From positions 32,550,001 to 32,614,000 of the forward strand of contig JAQFVV010000002.1 of NCBI GenBank assembly GCA_028023455.1: DNA of 64,000 bases, written 5' to 3'. Source of the stretch: Epiperipatus broadwayi (lineage: Eukaryota > Animalia > Onychophora). Numbering within the stretch: the stretch's first letter is position 1; the number at the start of each line of letters is the position of its first letter. A program made the position numbers and the translations under genes. The notes under the pieces were generated by a model. That model had not been told where the DNA came from and did not search any database. It was given only the letters and a program-made list of their open reading frames with translations. Of this stretch, positions 34,376-49,300 are shown piece after piece.

Positions 34376-37300
34376 CTGAAAAGAGAATAAGAAGCATATT
34401 TACACTTTTATGTTATCAATACACAGCCAAACATTTTATTTAATAATTGTATTGGATATTAAATCAGTACATTAATGCACATAACAGTTATTACAAATAT
34501 AAATTATCAAAAATGGAAATAAATGAAGTTCATTATGCTGTCTTTTTCATATAAATTATAATAAAAAATTATATATAAGTCTTATAAATATATTAATAGT
34601 TAAACATAAAAAGCCATTTTCTGTTCAAGGTTTTGTGCCCTTTTCAAATGTTAACCATCTATTTTAACATTAACCAATTATTACAGATAGAACACCATCT
34701 AGTGTTCTATAATGGAAGTAAAATAAAATAAAAGAGCAACAAAATAAAACCATACAGAAATACAATATAACTTCAAAGAATTGACTATATAACAGAAATA
34801 ATATATGCACTATACAACTTTACATATACTACTTTAATATAATTTTCCATTCATTTTTAATTAAACAGTTGTTAATCAAATTTATTGAATTTTATAAATA
34901 TTCATACAATTATTTAAGTTACGCTTAATAATTATAAATAATATATTTTTTAATTTCATAAATGTTATTTGTGAGATCAACAATAGAACTTTTTCCACTC
35001 CCACTGATTTTCAATATAATATCCTATCAATTCTACAATTAATAATACTTTATTAACAAAAATGTTTGTGGAGATTAATATCTTATTGCTTTCACTTAAA
35101 CTTTATACTCTCATAACTTTGTAGATGTACAGCTTTAAATTAAATATTCTTAGATGAATTTTGTAAATTGTACAATCAATGAAGCTAATATAAGTATTAT
35201 AGGTGATCATCAGTTGGTTCGGTAATATCACATTATAAATATTCCTAATTCAATAACCGAGATGAATTAAAAAAAAAAAAGAATCTCGGATGATCATTTG
35301 AGATTTAATACATATTCTGATATCCATAAGAATGAGTCTAGCGGAAGCCTGACTATATGGTTTTTGCAACTGGACAAATATCGATTATAACTAGTCACAG
35401 AGAAGTTTTTAAACCATAAGCAGTGGGTGACAACATTCCTGTTAGTGAACTAATGCTATCCATGCTTAAGAAATTTAAAAGGATCTATCCTCAATAATGT
35501 CGAAAACACAGCTCAAAATCAGCAGTGCTATTCATAAAGAAGTGTGGTTATTTCAACTTCTAAAGAGCAAAATAATAATATACTAAAGATGAATTTGTGA
35601 TGATTATGCAAATTAATCCATGAACTACAAATATATTTACATATGTAATATGCTGATCCATTAGTCCATTTACTTATCTTCCAGCATTGTCTTTGACTTC
35701 TGTTGCAGCAAATTTTCCTTTTGAAAGACTTCAAAAATTTGCCTTATTATAGCTTTTCATAGTATTCCACCTTTGGCCCAATCTTCCCACAAAAAGCAAG
35801 CCATATCACATTTCTGAGAATCTGAGATAATCTTTATAATGAGACATTTTTCTCTCCTATAAAACCATACTCAAGATCACCATGAAATACTATTTTAGGG
35901 AAGTTATATTTGATAGGTCAAATTTGATGAAATAATTTTGCTACAGCAGACTCGACGATATATCCAGATACCCGAAGAATATACTGATTGCTCTTATAAT
36001 CTTGCCATCATATTTTTAGAATTTTATGCATATTCTTAAATGAAGTTTTTCATGTCTGTATGTGACATTGGTGACTCACATCCATAATTATATAAAACAT
36101 CAACCCTACATAAAACCAATTTAATCACAATTGTTCCATCATGATAAATTACCTCGTTTTTTAACTTTTAAAAGTATCGGCAAATATTGCAGTCAATCCA
36201 TTAATTTAAAAAGATATTAAAATATTTAAAGTGATAACTATCCAATCTAAAAGTTGTCGATTTTTTCTTTCATCATTGGTTGATAAAGAACTTTAAGTTC
36301 TTTAATAAAGTAGTCTTTATGTCTATATAATACTCAAAATATTCTGTGGATTGTCAATCGCCCATATATAATATATATTAAGAAACCAACCAAATATTAT
36401 TTTTGCTTTGATCGATTCATATCAATAATTCCCCCCAACTCCAACAAATCTGTATAGCATCTTGACACCTGTTTCATATAGCCACTTATATGCTTTTCCA
36501 AAGATCTTACATTAAAATCAAAGGGATACCTGTAATAAATATTTTCTGTGTCTCCATTATGTGGGTGATATAAATTTCAAATATCATCAAGATCTGTTTA
36601 ATTAGTTGAGTCAAATGCCTTAATGAAATCAATTAAAGCATTATATTAAGAACAATTACTGAATAGTAGTAATTAATTTATTGAACATACAGAAAGCATA
36701 TGTAAATACTTTAAACAAGCTTTAACCTGTGTTTAATGCGCTTTAAAATTGAACACAGGTTAAAGCCTGTTTAAAGTAAGAACAATTACGTAATGATGAC
36801 TAACTGATTGATGGGTGCATAATAATAGAGTATTATGGTATGCATAGTTTTTATTTAAAATTTAATATTGATTTAAAGTTAAATACTTTATATCTGTAAC
36901 CTGGTTTATTAATTAAAATTTTGATTTGTTCCTTTTCTTTTAATCTTATATTATTTGTTTTTTTATGAAAAAGGCCAGTCAATATAACTATTTTAAGTTC
37001 TCTGTATAACGTATATTAAAAACAAAAATTACATTATCAGAAAATAAGACCATCTGGTTGTTTTTGAAAATGATCTCCAATGGACTTACATCGTTCAGTC
37101 AAATAATCAAGCAGCCCAATAGTTAAAAAGTTTGTTTTGTAGGATGGGAAGAGTGAAATCTAGCCAGAGCATTGGTTAAGACTTGTTACTAATAACTAAT
37201 TAGGAAAGTCATTTTTGAATCAATTTGTAGACACTTTTGCCAGATTTTTAATGACTGCCATGTTTACATAAAATTGAAAATCCTTATAAAAATTTATACA

Positions 37301-40300
37301 GAGAATAAAAGATTTCTGCTACAAATTTGAAAATGTACAAAACTATAATCTTAGTAATACATGAATTATATTATCAACAATTAATAATTATACATAATCT
37401 TAGATATATTAAAAAAATATTCAAGCAGAAAGGAATAAGAGAACAAATCATTTCTATAGCTGAACCAGAACTGAAGATATGTTTCCAGAAATTAAGTTTT
37501 ATTTTGAATAATTGGGATTCATAATTAATATTTTATTCAAAATATGACTGCGATATGCTATTTAATTCTGTCAATATTTAAGTTAGTTTAGTAAAAAAAA
37601 AAATATTTTTTTATCTAGTGATAATTATATGGTAATTTGATTATAGATGTTTGTGTCCGAATCTCTCGCAATAACCAATGTGTCCATTTAAAAAAATACT
37701 TGAATTTTAATAATGAGATGAAAATTTAACTTATTAAGATGAGTAATTAGAGTATATGATAATGTATTTTTGGTTTCACCAAGTGTAAAATTTAATTTCT
37801 TGTAAATAGCCGACTCAATATCAAATACTATACCGGTATTCTGTTAATTAAATTTTATTGGTTTCGTTAACTTCTTTATTCAATGCTTCATAATCTTAAT
37901 CATTCAATGTTATGATCCCATATTTATCCATTAAATTTGGATTAGGATCTTGTTGAAGAAGAATATACAGACACCTGCAGGAGTTATGCTATGGCTTCCA
38001 GAAAAGAAACAAAATAGTTTCTATAACAATAAATAAAATTAGTGAACTATTCATAAAAATAACCTTGCTGAATTGCATAAAAATAAAATTCCACATATAA
38101 TTATTGCAACCTGATCTATCCTTTCTATTTTTAAAAAATGGAACAATGTAAATAACTAAAATTAGGTGATATCACAACTTCATAAATCTTTATAAAAAAT
38201 TTCAATAGTGTTGAAGACTATATATCATCAATGTATATTAAATTTTTTTCATATTTAAGATTACAAAGAACTTTTAATTTTACTAATCCAAGTATCTTTG
38301 TCCAAATCTATATGAATGGGTTGGATGGATATGTCATTAAAAGTCAACATCTGAATCAATTCCTCAATCATTCAAAATAATACTCCATCTGTTTGAAATA
38401 TTGTCATCATACAAAAAGGTACCATTTATGGATTTAATAGAATTACATCTAAAAGAAGATTTAAAGTGATTAAATGGCGAAATATTTATATTTTTGAAGT
38501 TTTAATCCATTAGTCATTTTAAAATCTTGTCTATTGCTGAAACTCCCTGCATGAGATTACTAATCTGGATGTCAGTTTATCATTCTGCTTGGCAAAAAAT
38601 GCCAGTCTTCTTTTAATCAAGTCATTAATAATAAAATCATTGTTAGAAAAACAATCAAGATTATTTTTGAAGCCAAGAGTAGATCTGCTTGCATCCAATT
38701 CTTATGATGATTCTGAAAGTGGAAATTAAAATTTTTACTTTTTAAAATAATTGATGAAATTTAGTAAGGGTATTAGACGCTTTTAATACAATGAGTATCA
38801 AATTCTTACAACAATAGTACCTATTATTTAAAGCAATTATTTTAATCTTGGAACATTCTAATAATCACTTAAGAGCTTTTGCATTCCAATTTTAATTATA
38901 ATTAGATGCCATAATGCATCCGAATTCCTTTATAGGAATTTTCTGCCTAAACAAAGGATTTGTAATAATCCATATATATGCAAAAACATAAAAAAGACAA
39001 ACTTTGAATTTGTAGCACTCGTACTACTATTTTCAATAACTATGGACTAAAATTTATTGTTGATATCAGCACTTGTGTAAGATAAAAAAAATTCAATATA
39101 GTGTTGAAGTAATGTTAACCAGCAAAGAAAAAACTTGATTTAAGCTCTCTGAATCTTGCAGAGCTAATCAATAATAAAATGCGTACAGGTACCATTATGT
39201 CAATCAAATATTTTCATTGAAGAAATGGAGTTTAATACAAAATATAGTGAATACCAAATTAGTCCACAGGGAGCTGTCTCATTTCAATGGATGATCTTGT
39301 CCTTATAAAAATGTGTAGCCATCTATCTATCCAATTAAACCCTCTTCCATTAGAAGATGGCATCCTCTTATGTCCCCAAGTTTCCATTCTTCATTCAGAA
39401 TTTTCTGAATATAGAACACTCGGAATACACTCTTTGATTAAGTCACATTTATATTGTACCAATATCGTATCGGTACATATATATAATTTTTGTCTAAAAA
39501 TTATTAAAATACAGCTCGATAAAAGAAAATAATAAAAGTTGTACGATTCAGTTTGAGAGATTGTTATTTATAAAAAGTTTAGAGTTTTTTTTTTATTAAA
39601 CAAAATTCACGTCGCTAAAAAAAAAAAAAATTATAAAAGTTACTATTAATTAATTAGAAGGGGGAGGAAGATTAATTCAACAATTTTAGAAAGTAAATAA
39701 AAGTTAAAAGTTATGATAGTTCAAGAATAAAATCTCTCTCTTGACGTTTAAATTATTAAAGAAAAAATGATAAATGCGTGTATATGTGTGTGTTAAAATA
39801 ATATTGAAAAACATGAAAATAAATAAATTCAGCAATAATTACTGAATGAAAACAACACGTTTGCAATGCTATTTAATTAAGAAAGAATCTATAAACAACG
39901 TAATTAAACTTTTATCAATTGAAATCGAAAGCAGTGGATAATGGATTTTGCTGGCGGCTACAAAAAAATGACAAGTCGTTACATAAATAGACCTAAATTT
40001 TCACACGCAAGTCAGTTTTGGATCAGTCAATTAGTCTGGTCAGTTCAATCTATGAGTTCAATTCATCAATCAGTCATGCCTTGTTAACAGCTTCATCGGA
40101 ACATGCGATGAACTTCAAACCTTGTCCAAATACCAGTACTCTGCCTGAGATGAAGTAACAGCCGCCCAATAAGTGAGAGCCACCAGAATATCTACTGTCT
40201 TAATAATAGTACCATGAAATAAATAACTGTCCTCAACCTTAATAAAAGAAGTAACCAGGATCGTCAATCAACAGAAATCCTCCGCAGAAGCATAAATCCA

Positions 40301-43300
40301 GCCGGCTAGTAATAAAACAATTCAGAAACACCCTGGATACACAGGGAGCAAACAACCAAAATCTCCATGAACCAAAAACCTAGGTAATTAATAACTTTCT
40401 TATTTCCATTTATAAATTCTACGTAGTCATTGCCATCCATAAAGCCTTCAGAGTCAGTAATAAATGAACTCTATCGCATGCATAAAGAACTTGATGTGCA
40501 TGCGGGTTTGAACGCCTTATATTTAATATTTGTCATACTATTTAATACTTTTGTCATTTAATGTTGTTAGATTATATTTTCATGTGTATTTAAAATGTGT
40601 GTACGTGGTCATATATAAATACCATAAATGTTTAGGTTAGTTAAAATATCAAAGTAATTTAAAACTTTAATAATAAATGTTTAGAAAATAAATTATCTTA
40701 CGCTTAATTTTGTTGGTCAATTCTTTTTACCACTAATTGAAACAATAATTTGTCCTTGTATAACTTTGCTGAGCTAGTCTTGGGGATATTTCGAGCGATG
40801 GATTATGGGCCTACTATCCAAACACGTTAGTTCTAGTAACTAGATGGCGCCCGAGGTTTACTCTGAAACAAAGTGCTTGGATAGTAGGGGTTTGAATCTA
40901 GCAGTTGAGGTGGGCCACGGTCTGGAAATGTGATCGTGTTATGCATTGCATAGCTTGGTCTGACTGGGTATTGTTGTTAGCTCTCCTATCGACGATATTC
41001 TCCCCTCTGCTTGGAGGGCCCGGTTCGTTCACGTAATATTTATAATATAAAATTATAAATTTATGATAAATAAAGTTTAAATCCAGTTGAACCGAGTAAA
41101 TAGAGTATGCTGGACCTTCTAAGGATCGGACCCGGCACAATATATTTAAAAATAGATCTAAAAAATCTAAGACAATAATAACATATACTAAGCATTATGA
41201 CTATTTAAATAAAAAGTGTTTTTATCTAATGTTTTATACTAATAAATTACATCACTTGAATAACAATGAACGCAATATTAATCTTCCAGTATTAATTTTA
41301 GAAATAGTAATAATTTTCTTACATACAAGAAAAAAATATATAAATACCTTTGTTTTTTTATTATAACAGCTGCTAATTCTTGTAGACTGGGCATAGGAAG
41401 TTCAAGGAAAGTCTGTTCAGGATGAACGACGGTCACAAATGGATTTCCCCACACTGATACTTCATCTAAATTAAGTTTCATAAAACTGGCAGGAAGAAGC
41501 GATATCTTGTTCTCAAAAGCAGATAAAAATCGAAGTTGACTTAAATTCCCGATACTTTCCGGCAAATGGTCAATTTCGTTATTCTCAACTTTCAGTGTAA
41601 TCAACTGTAGGAAGTTTCCAATCGTTTCAGGAAGCTTTGTCAACAGATTACGGCTAAGATCCAGTTTTTTCAGAGTATGTTGCAAGTGAGAGGAAAGGAA
41701 TGCTGGGAATACTTTCAATTCATTACTGTGAAGAATCAGTTCTGCCAACGGAAATGTACTTCCCTGTATTTCTGGAAAAACTTTTATAAAATTGTAGCTA
41801 AGATCCAAAGTCTATAAAAAAACAAAAAAATTGTTTTACTGTTCTTTAAATATTAAAATTATTTAATATGATAAAGTAAGAAAATTATAAATGGAATTTT
41901 CCATATTAAGATCAGAAAGTATCTGGTTATTATTTATGAATAAATTTCATCTAACATTTTTTACTAATTTTTAAGATATTGATAATCTATTTATTCAACT
42001 AAATTCCTTAAAGTTCTTGACCTTCATCATCAACCATTATCAATCCATTGTAGGATGAACGTCTCTCTAAGTTCAATCCATGTTCTCTGATCTTTAGTTT
42101 CTCTTCTCCACATCACCCCTGCACACTTACTTATTTCATCCATCCATCTCACATGTGGTCTCTTTCTGGGTCTTTTACACTCTCTTGGAATCTGTTTAAG
42201 ATTTCAATTGTCCATCTATTATCATCTCTTCTAGCAATATGTACAGTCCAACTGCACATTAAAACAAATTAAATGAAATTATTTACATATTTTTATTAAT
42301 TTGCTCGATGACTATTCAGAACAATTGATCTAATTTCTGTTAAATTTCTATAGAAAAATCTAGAGTACTAAAGATTTAAAGTTTTATGCCATATTTAGAG
42401 AGCTAAAATTATTAGAACTTTGATTTTTAGGAAAGTTTTTATTTATATAAAGATGTTTTGATCAAATATTAAAATAATGAATCTTTTGATATCAGAAATT
42501 TCAATTTGGTAAAATCATATATTTATTTAAAAATACAATAATCAATCAAACGTCACATTGCTTTTATAAGCTTGTATTTACAAATATGTAATATATATAT
42601 AAAAGCAATGTCACACAATATATGACTTGCTTTATTATTATAATTTTGCCTTTGGTGATGCTAAGGCTATTAATATATGGTGGATCTGAACTTTGGTTCA
42701 GTCCCATATAGCTATTTAAGTTAGATAGCTGGAGTTAAAGACATTTTCATGTCCGAAAATTTAAGATTTTCTACTTAAATGTTATGTATTAAATAAATGC
42801 TGGGTTTTGAGTTGATATTTTAGATCTAGTGTCTGAATGTTCTCACTGAGGTGCGTCAAAAGCTCGAAACCAATTGGTCTGGGAATAGGAATATTCTATA
42901 TAGAGATTTTAAATATTTTTCTCTTATTGTTTGAGCTATTGGTATGCTCCCTATATTAAAAATATAACTTTTTAATTTAATTTTTGGGATTTTTTTTTTT
43001 TGAAGGATATATTGAATACATTTTTATATTAGTGTGGAATTTATTAAATAATCAATTTCTTCTACATATAAAATAAAAGCAAGTGTTAAATAAATTTGTC
43101 TTATGAGATCTCATAGAGTGGAATTTAATTATTATTTAAAGATTTGTTTCAATATGTATTATGATGAGGACTTATGGGAAATGCAACAAGGTTAATATCG
43201 TTCATTGCCGGGCAGACTAATAAGCCAATAGGTTTCTTAATGGACTTGAACGATAATCCAGTTTGTTGTTTGATTACAATCCATTTTGGCCAGAACAATT

Positions 43301-46300
43301 TCAAATTACAGAATGCGTCCATGAACATTTAAAAATTCCAATACTTATAAGATTCAAAGTATTATCCTTTTTCTTATCTTGTTTATAATTAATTACTGAA
43401 AACATTTCTAATGTTAGTTAAGGAAAAGGTTTATTCCTTTCCTTAATCAACGTTAGAAATGTTTTTGGCAACTATTATCATAAGATTGAAGATTTAAAGC
43501 TAAGTAAGCAGTTAAGTCTCAGAATTTGATTCTCAATCTATCCAATAACTAAAACAATTTTCGATTGCTATGTCTCAGAATTGCAACATTATACCTTTCT
43601 AATAACAGAAATAGCTTTGTATTACTGTGTCTCAGAATTGCAAAGATTAACATATCTAATAATCAAAACAGCTTTGTATTGTTGCATCAAAACTTAACGC
43701 TCAACCTGTCCAATAACAGAAACAACTTTGTTCTGTTATATCTCAGAATTACATTGTTAATCATATCCAATAACTTGGGATAAATTTGATCATTAGATTA
43801 CAATCAGTCAAAGCTAAAACTTTTTTAGCAACTGAATGTAATCTCGTATACAATTAATTAACATATTGGAAAATTCAGTTATTACCCAAAAACATATTTT
43901 TTAATAAAGTTACTCCAGGAAAGTCTAAGTTTATCAAATTTTGTATAAAAAAGCTAATTTCAGTTATACATTTGCTGTTCCTGCAAAGAAGTTTTTAATC
44001 AAAATCCGAAAAATATATTCATATATATTATGTAGAGCATCTAATCTTCTTTATGCTTTTTTTCTTGATTTGGTATGATTAAATTTATATCCTAAGAAAA
44101 TTTGAAACTTTTATCTTTCACAAATATAAGGAAGTTGATAAATATCCTCATTTTCTATAACAAATCACAGATATTTTTGGAATTCTTTAGAAATGATTTT
44201 AACAAAATTCTAATTTGGCCAATATTTAAGAATGGATACTTCCATAGCAGATCTAGTTACGATGGGTGGCAAACTAATAACGAAATTTATTAAAACACGA
44301 GTATTTCCATAGATAAAGATGTATCAGTCGTAACATAAAAAACTAATAATTTTAATGATTACTAATCAAATAAATATCTACTAAATGATAATTTTGGGGA
44401 AAAAAAAAATATTTTTAATTTATACAGTATAACCCAAATGAAAAAGTGACTAGTTCTTTCTTCAAGCTGTCTGAAGCAACCAAAATATGGTTATGTAGGA
44501 ACAGTTTGACATTTCACCACAAAAATTTTAAGGCATTATCTAGATCATGAATTATGACATGAGTTCATACGTTCATGGATTATCTTTAATACCTTCCTTA
44601 CCATGATCTTGCAAACCAATTGAAAACGTTCTTACAACACATGGATTCTCTGCCATTCACAGTTAAAATTAATCCAAATGTTTCTCCAACAGTCTTTCCC
44701 AATTTAAAACAAAATTTAATGTTAATGCATTGTTCTATCATGGGTTAAGGTATGAATGTCACATTTCATGTTATAAATCCTGACTCAGACATGTTAGTAC
44801 CTTAAAACTTTGGTGAATAACTTGCAGAGAGAACCAATCATCAGTTACATTTTCATGGGAACATATTGTGTACAATCTAGCATCACAATAAATCTCTATT
44901 TCATTATCTGCCTAACTTTATTCCAAGACATTTCAAATTTCTATGTGATTGTAATTACAATTTTTTTCCAAGCTATGATAGGACAACTTCGACAACAGCC
45001 CCCGTATAGTTTCTGGTCTAGAACCTTCTTGTCAATATTCTCTGCTCTTAAAGTCATGTGATGCATATCGCCATGTCTCAAATTTCATCATATGCATTCA
45101 AAATAACATGAATGAATCTGCTAATAAAAAATTTGTAAGTTTTGAATCAGTCAATAAATAACTGTCCACAAAGAACTCGTAGATTGCACACAGATCTCGA
45201 AGACTAACAATTTTTCCCCCTCCACTTCCGTCACCCTTCAATAAGTACAACAATTTTAAAAACACTATTAGCGCTTTCTGTACGGTCATCTTGGGCTAAT
45301 GAAGGTTTCTAAATAGCTAACCAGTCCAGCTCTTCAACGATCTGAACAATTTTCAATTGAAGTTTTTTTTATTCTAAATATTATGAGAACCAAAACCATT
45401 ATAAACATGTGTGATGGTAAACAATTCTGATCACTCCCGATTGTATTCTGAAGAGCTCAGTATGTCAATGGCATGTGGTAATTTTTTTTTGATGTATAGA
45501 TCCTGATCTTAGTGCTATTAAATATCTTTTAAAAATAACAAAAGTACATTACAAAGCGACTAGTATTCATATGATTACTCCACAATGGAACGTGATGCTA
45601 CTTTCAACATTGGCCTAGAACCAACTTGCTCTTTGCGAAGTTAGAAATCACAAGGTATCCTCAATCTCAAAATTCATAGCACCAAAAGCAGAATAATTTC
45701 TCAACAATTTTCAGATTGAAATAAATAATCTATACCTTTCCTCCAATATGATAATATTCAAAAGTTTTAATCACTGTAATAATAGAAAATATACTTGTGC
45801 AGATAAGCAGGGGGTAAAGTATTTTATTTATTAAAGATAAAAAACTACTAATACTTTTTTTTTTGACATAAAAACTTACTTTTCTTCCCCAAAATAATTA
45901 TTTTGTTTGTACTTATTCTTGAAAGAGGTCAACAGACATTCAAGGTTATTCTGGCTGTTGTGGACAGTGTTGTGGCCATCTTTCTTCTTTTAGTGATTTA
46001 GAAGATTCATATTTATAAAATTTAGTCTTCTTAATATGTTTCATCATTTTATTCAAAATGCTTGAATATTAAACTAACTTTTGCTGTCTATCATAGATAT
46101 TTATTGTTATTATAATTTTTTTAAAATTTTGCAAGCATTTTTTAAAGTTTAACACTTGATATGGCTAGGTGGATTTATGGCTGCTATATGTACCTTTCCA
46201 CTTTGAATGTTTAATGACATATAACGGAGCTAATATTACATTCAATCTTTAATAGTTTTACACATGTGCCGATCTTTTTATTATTTCTTCAATAAACTTT

Positions 46301-49300
46301 AATATTGTTTTTTGTTTCTTTATATATAATTTATTAAGGCCAGACTCACTGTAAGAAATTTTTGAAACCAAAATAAATGTAAACAAAAATATAAATTATA
46401 ATTCTGTTCCTTAAAAAAAACCAACAAATTCAAAAACGCGGATTTGTGTCATTAGGGTCCAGGGAAAGTGTATTTACATCTGATTAAATTTATACATATC
46501 TTTCCAATAGTAAACTACTGTAACCAATTTAGAAGATAGTCGCCGAAAGTGACATGTTAATATAGTTGGCTTATACTCATATTTTGACAATATCGTAACA
46601 ATTCTTAAATTACGTAATAAAAATATAATCTCATCTAATTTTCTGAAATTCACATTGCTTGCAAGATATCAAGCCTTACTTAAAAATAAACATGTCTATC
46701 TCTGAGTAATTTTGATAACTACAGCTGATATATTAAGTAATCTTTTATTTGAACACAAAAAAATGTTACATTCCATAATTATTTATTCTATAAAAATCAT
46801 GCGAAAATAATCTAACATACTGTAAACAATGACAAATTCAATTTCTTTTCCACAGTCAAATAATAGATGAATAACAAAAAGATTTGATAATATATAATCA
46901 TGAAAATGAACACCAAAGCATAAAATATCAGCTGCCGTCTGATAACAAATCAAATGAAAATATTTAACTAAATATAGCAAAGTTCACTCTCAAGAATATG
47001 ATAATATATGTAAATATGTTTAGATTCAGATAAATCCACTAAATTAATCACTTATTAATATGAGTATGGTAAATAGAAAATAGTAATATTCTTATTACCT
47101 TAATACTTAAAGACCTAATACTAATCATAAACAGTCCACAATGTTTTGTGTAATACCGATCAACAGCAGCTTAAGAATAAAATACCCATTACTCGTGATA
47201 TAATAATTGTTGATTAAGACCATGTAGTAAATATTTAACATATAAAAAGTTATAATCAAAGTTAATCTTAATTAAGATCTGTATTCGGATATACAAAATA
47301 TATGGATAGATTTAATAATTGCAAACTAGATTTTGAAATAATCAATTGATAATTAATACTATATAATATAACCATAAAATTAAAGATAACATTTAATAAA
47401 TTCTTCAGGTCCCTCATTTATAATATATAAAGTATACACTTCAATAATGTTTCATGTATACAAAGAAATCTATATGAAATCGTATATAGATATGAGATGT
47501 AAATGTCTTGTAAATAAATTCATTTTTATAATAATAAAAAAGGGATAAATAAAAAACAATCAAAACTGAAAATATCACAAAAAAACAATGATTTTTTTAA
47601 AAAAATTCAGTTACATACACGTAAATGTTTTAACTTCAAAATTCGAGAATCGATCCTTTCCAAGGAACAATGCTGTATATGAAGAAACTCGAGAGATCTT
47701 GGGAAAATACCTGTTATTGGTAAATCTTTAGGACAATTAATCCTTAATTTTTTCACTGGTTTGCATACTTTAAAACTTGTTGAAGGAGTTATGTGAGAAA
47801 AAATGGATGAATGAGAAGATTGGTCCTGCAGACCAAGATTAACGGCTTGTAAAAAAGTTTTTAGTTGTAAAGGATCAGCCTAAAAAAAAAAAACTTGTTA
47901 ATACTAAAGATATTTTGACATTGCAGATTAAAAGTATAAACATAAAATATACTATTTAACATACCATATATCATATTAAAATCAGAAAATCAATCTTTTC
48001 AATATTATTCTAAACTGAAAAATTTACTTAGCCTTCTTTGCATCAGCTATTAACATTGTAAAATTCTACTTCCTAATTATTTCCATGCCTTTTAAAAAAA
48101 TTTCCAGTTTTAGATAATCTCTTCTCTTTTTTTTTTGCCACTTTTTGTCAGGTTTATTTTTTTTCTTTTGATGTATATTTCCTTTTTGCTTTTTTGACAA
48201 AGTTTTTTTTTTTTATATCTAAATATTTAAAATTGTTCAAAACACACAACAGTTAAGTCACTATATTTCTTTAATATATAAGTAAATCTTACATAGTCAA
48301 ACTTTAAATGAAATTTTAAACTTAATACATGAATCACCATTACAATTTTCAATTATTATCAACTCACGTCAGGATAAAGATCTTTCCAAGTTTAATCCAG
48401 TTTCTCTAATCCACAGCTTTTCTCTTCACATCATTCCAGCAAATTTCCTAATCTCATCCAACTTCTCACATATGGTATCTTTCTGGGTCTTTAACAATTT
48501 CTTAATATGCGATTTAGGATACAGGGTGAGATGTTCAACCCATTTCCATTTCAACCTCTTAATTTTTTCACTAATAATAATGATATAGATTTGTTTTCTC
48601 ACCCATGTAATTCATCTTACCTCCCGTTACTCCTAACATGCACTCCTTTATAGTTCACTATGTATTCTGAAATCTTTATGTACATCTATTAAGTATCTTA
48701 AATCTCAGATCCTTAAGTACTGGCAAAATATATCTCTTAAAAACATTCTTTTCCGAGCAATAGGCATATTTCCTTTCAAGTTATTTTTAGCAAAAGTATT
48801 CCACTCGAGATATTTATTAACAATCTGACCACGGTATTTATAGTTAACTTCATATTCATTACTACTATTCATTATTTTCACCTTTGTTGAAAAGTAACAT
48901 TACTTGAATCTTTTCAGTACTTATCTTTGTTCCTACTTTCTTGCTTTCATCTAATAATTCTACATTTCCTGGAGCTCTGAAACATTACTTGTGAGAACAA
49001 ACACATTACAATAAAATCTACATTACTTAAATAATCTCCATTTTTATTCCTTTAGCTTCTGATTTTAATCCACAAAATACTTCCAATAAAACTGCTGTAA
49101 ATTTTGGAGCAACAAAATCTCCCAGCATGCAACCTTATCAATGTTAATCTTCTCAGGGCCATCATGTAGCCTAGTCATTGCTGTTGCATTTGATGAAAAT
49201 TCTATGTCTATTGTGTTGATGTTCCATAGCTTTATAGAATCAAATGTTTCTTCATAATCCATAAATCCAAAGAATAGTGGAAATTTATATTCACTGATTC

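Noticed and set aside
39950-40450. TCAGT-rich, CpG-enriched stretch suggesting the promoter of a nested gene
   Set aside because: No ORF or spliceable exon follows; more likely a LINE 5' end or other transposon remnant, and unsupported.
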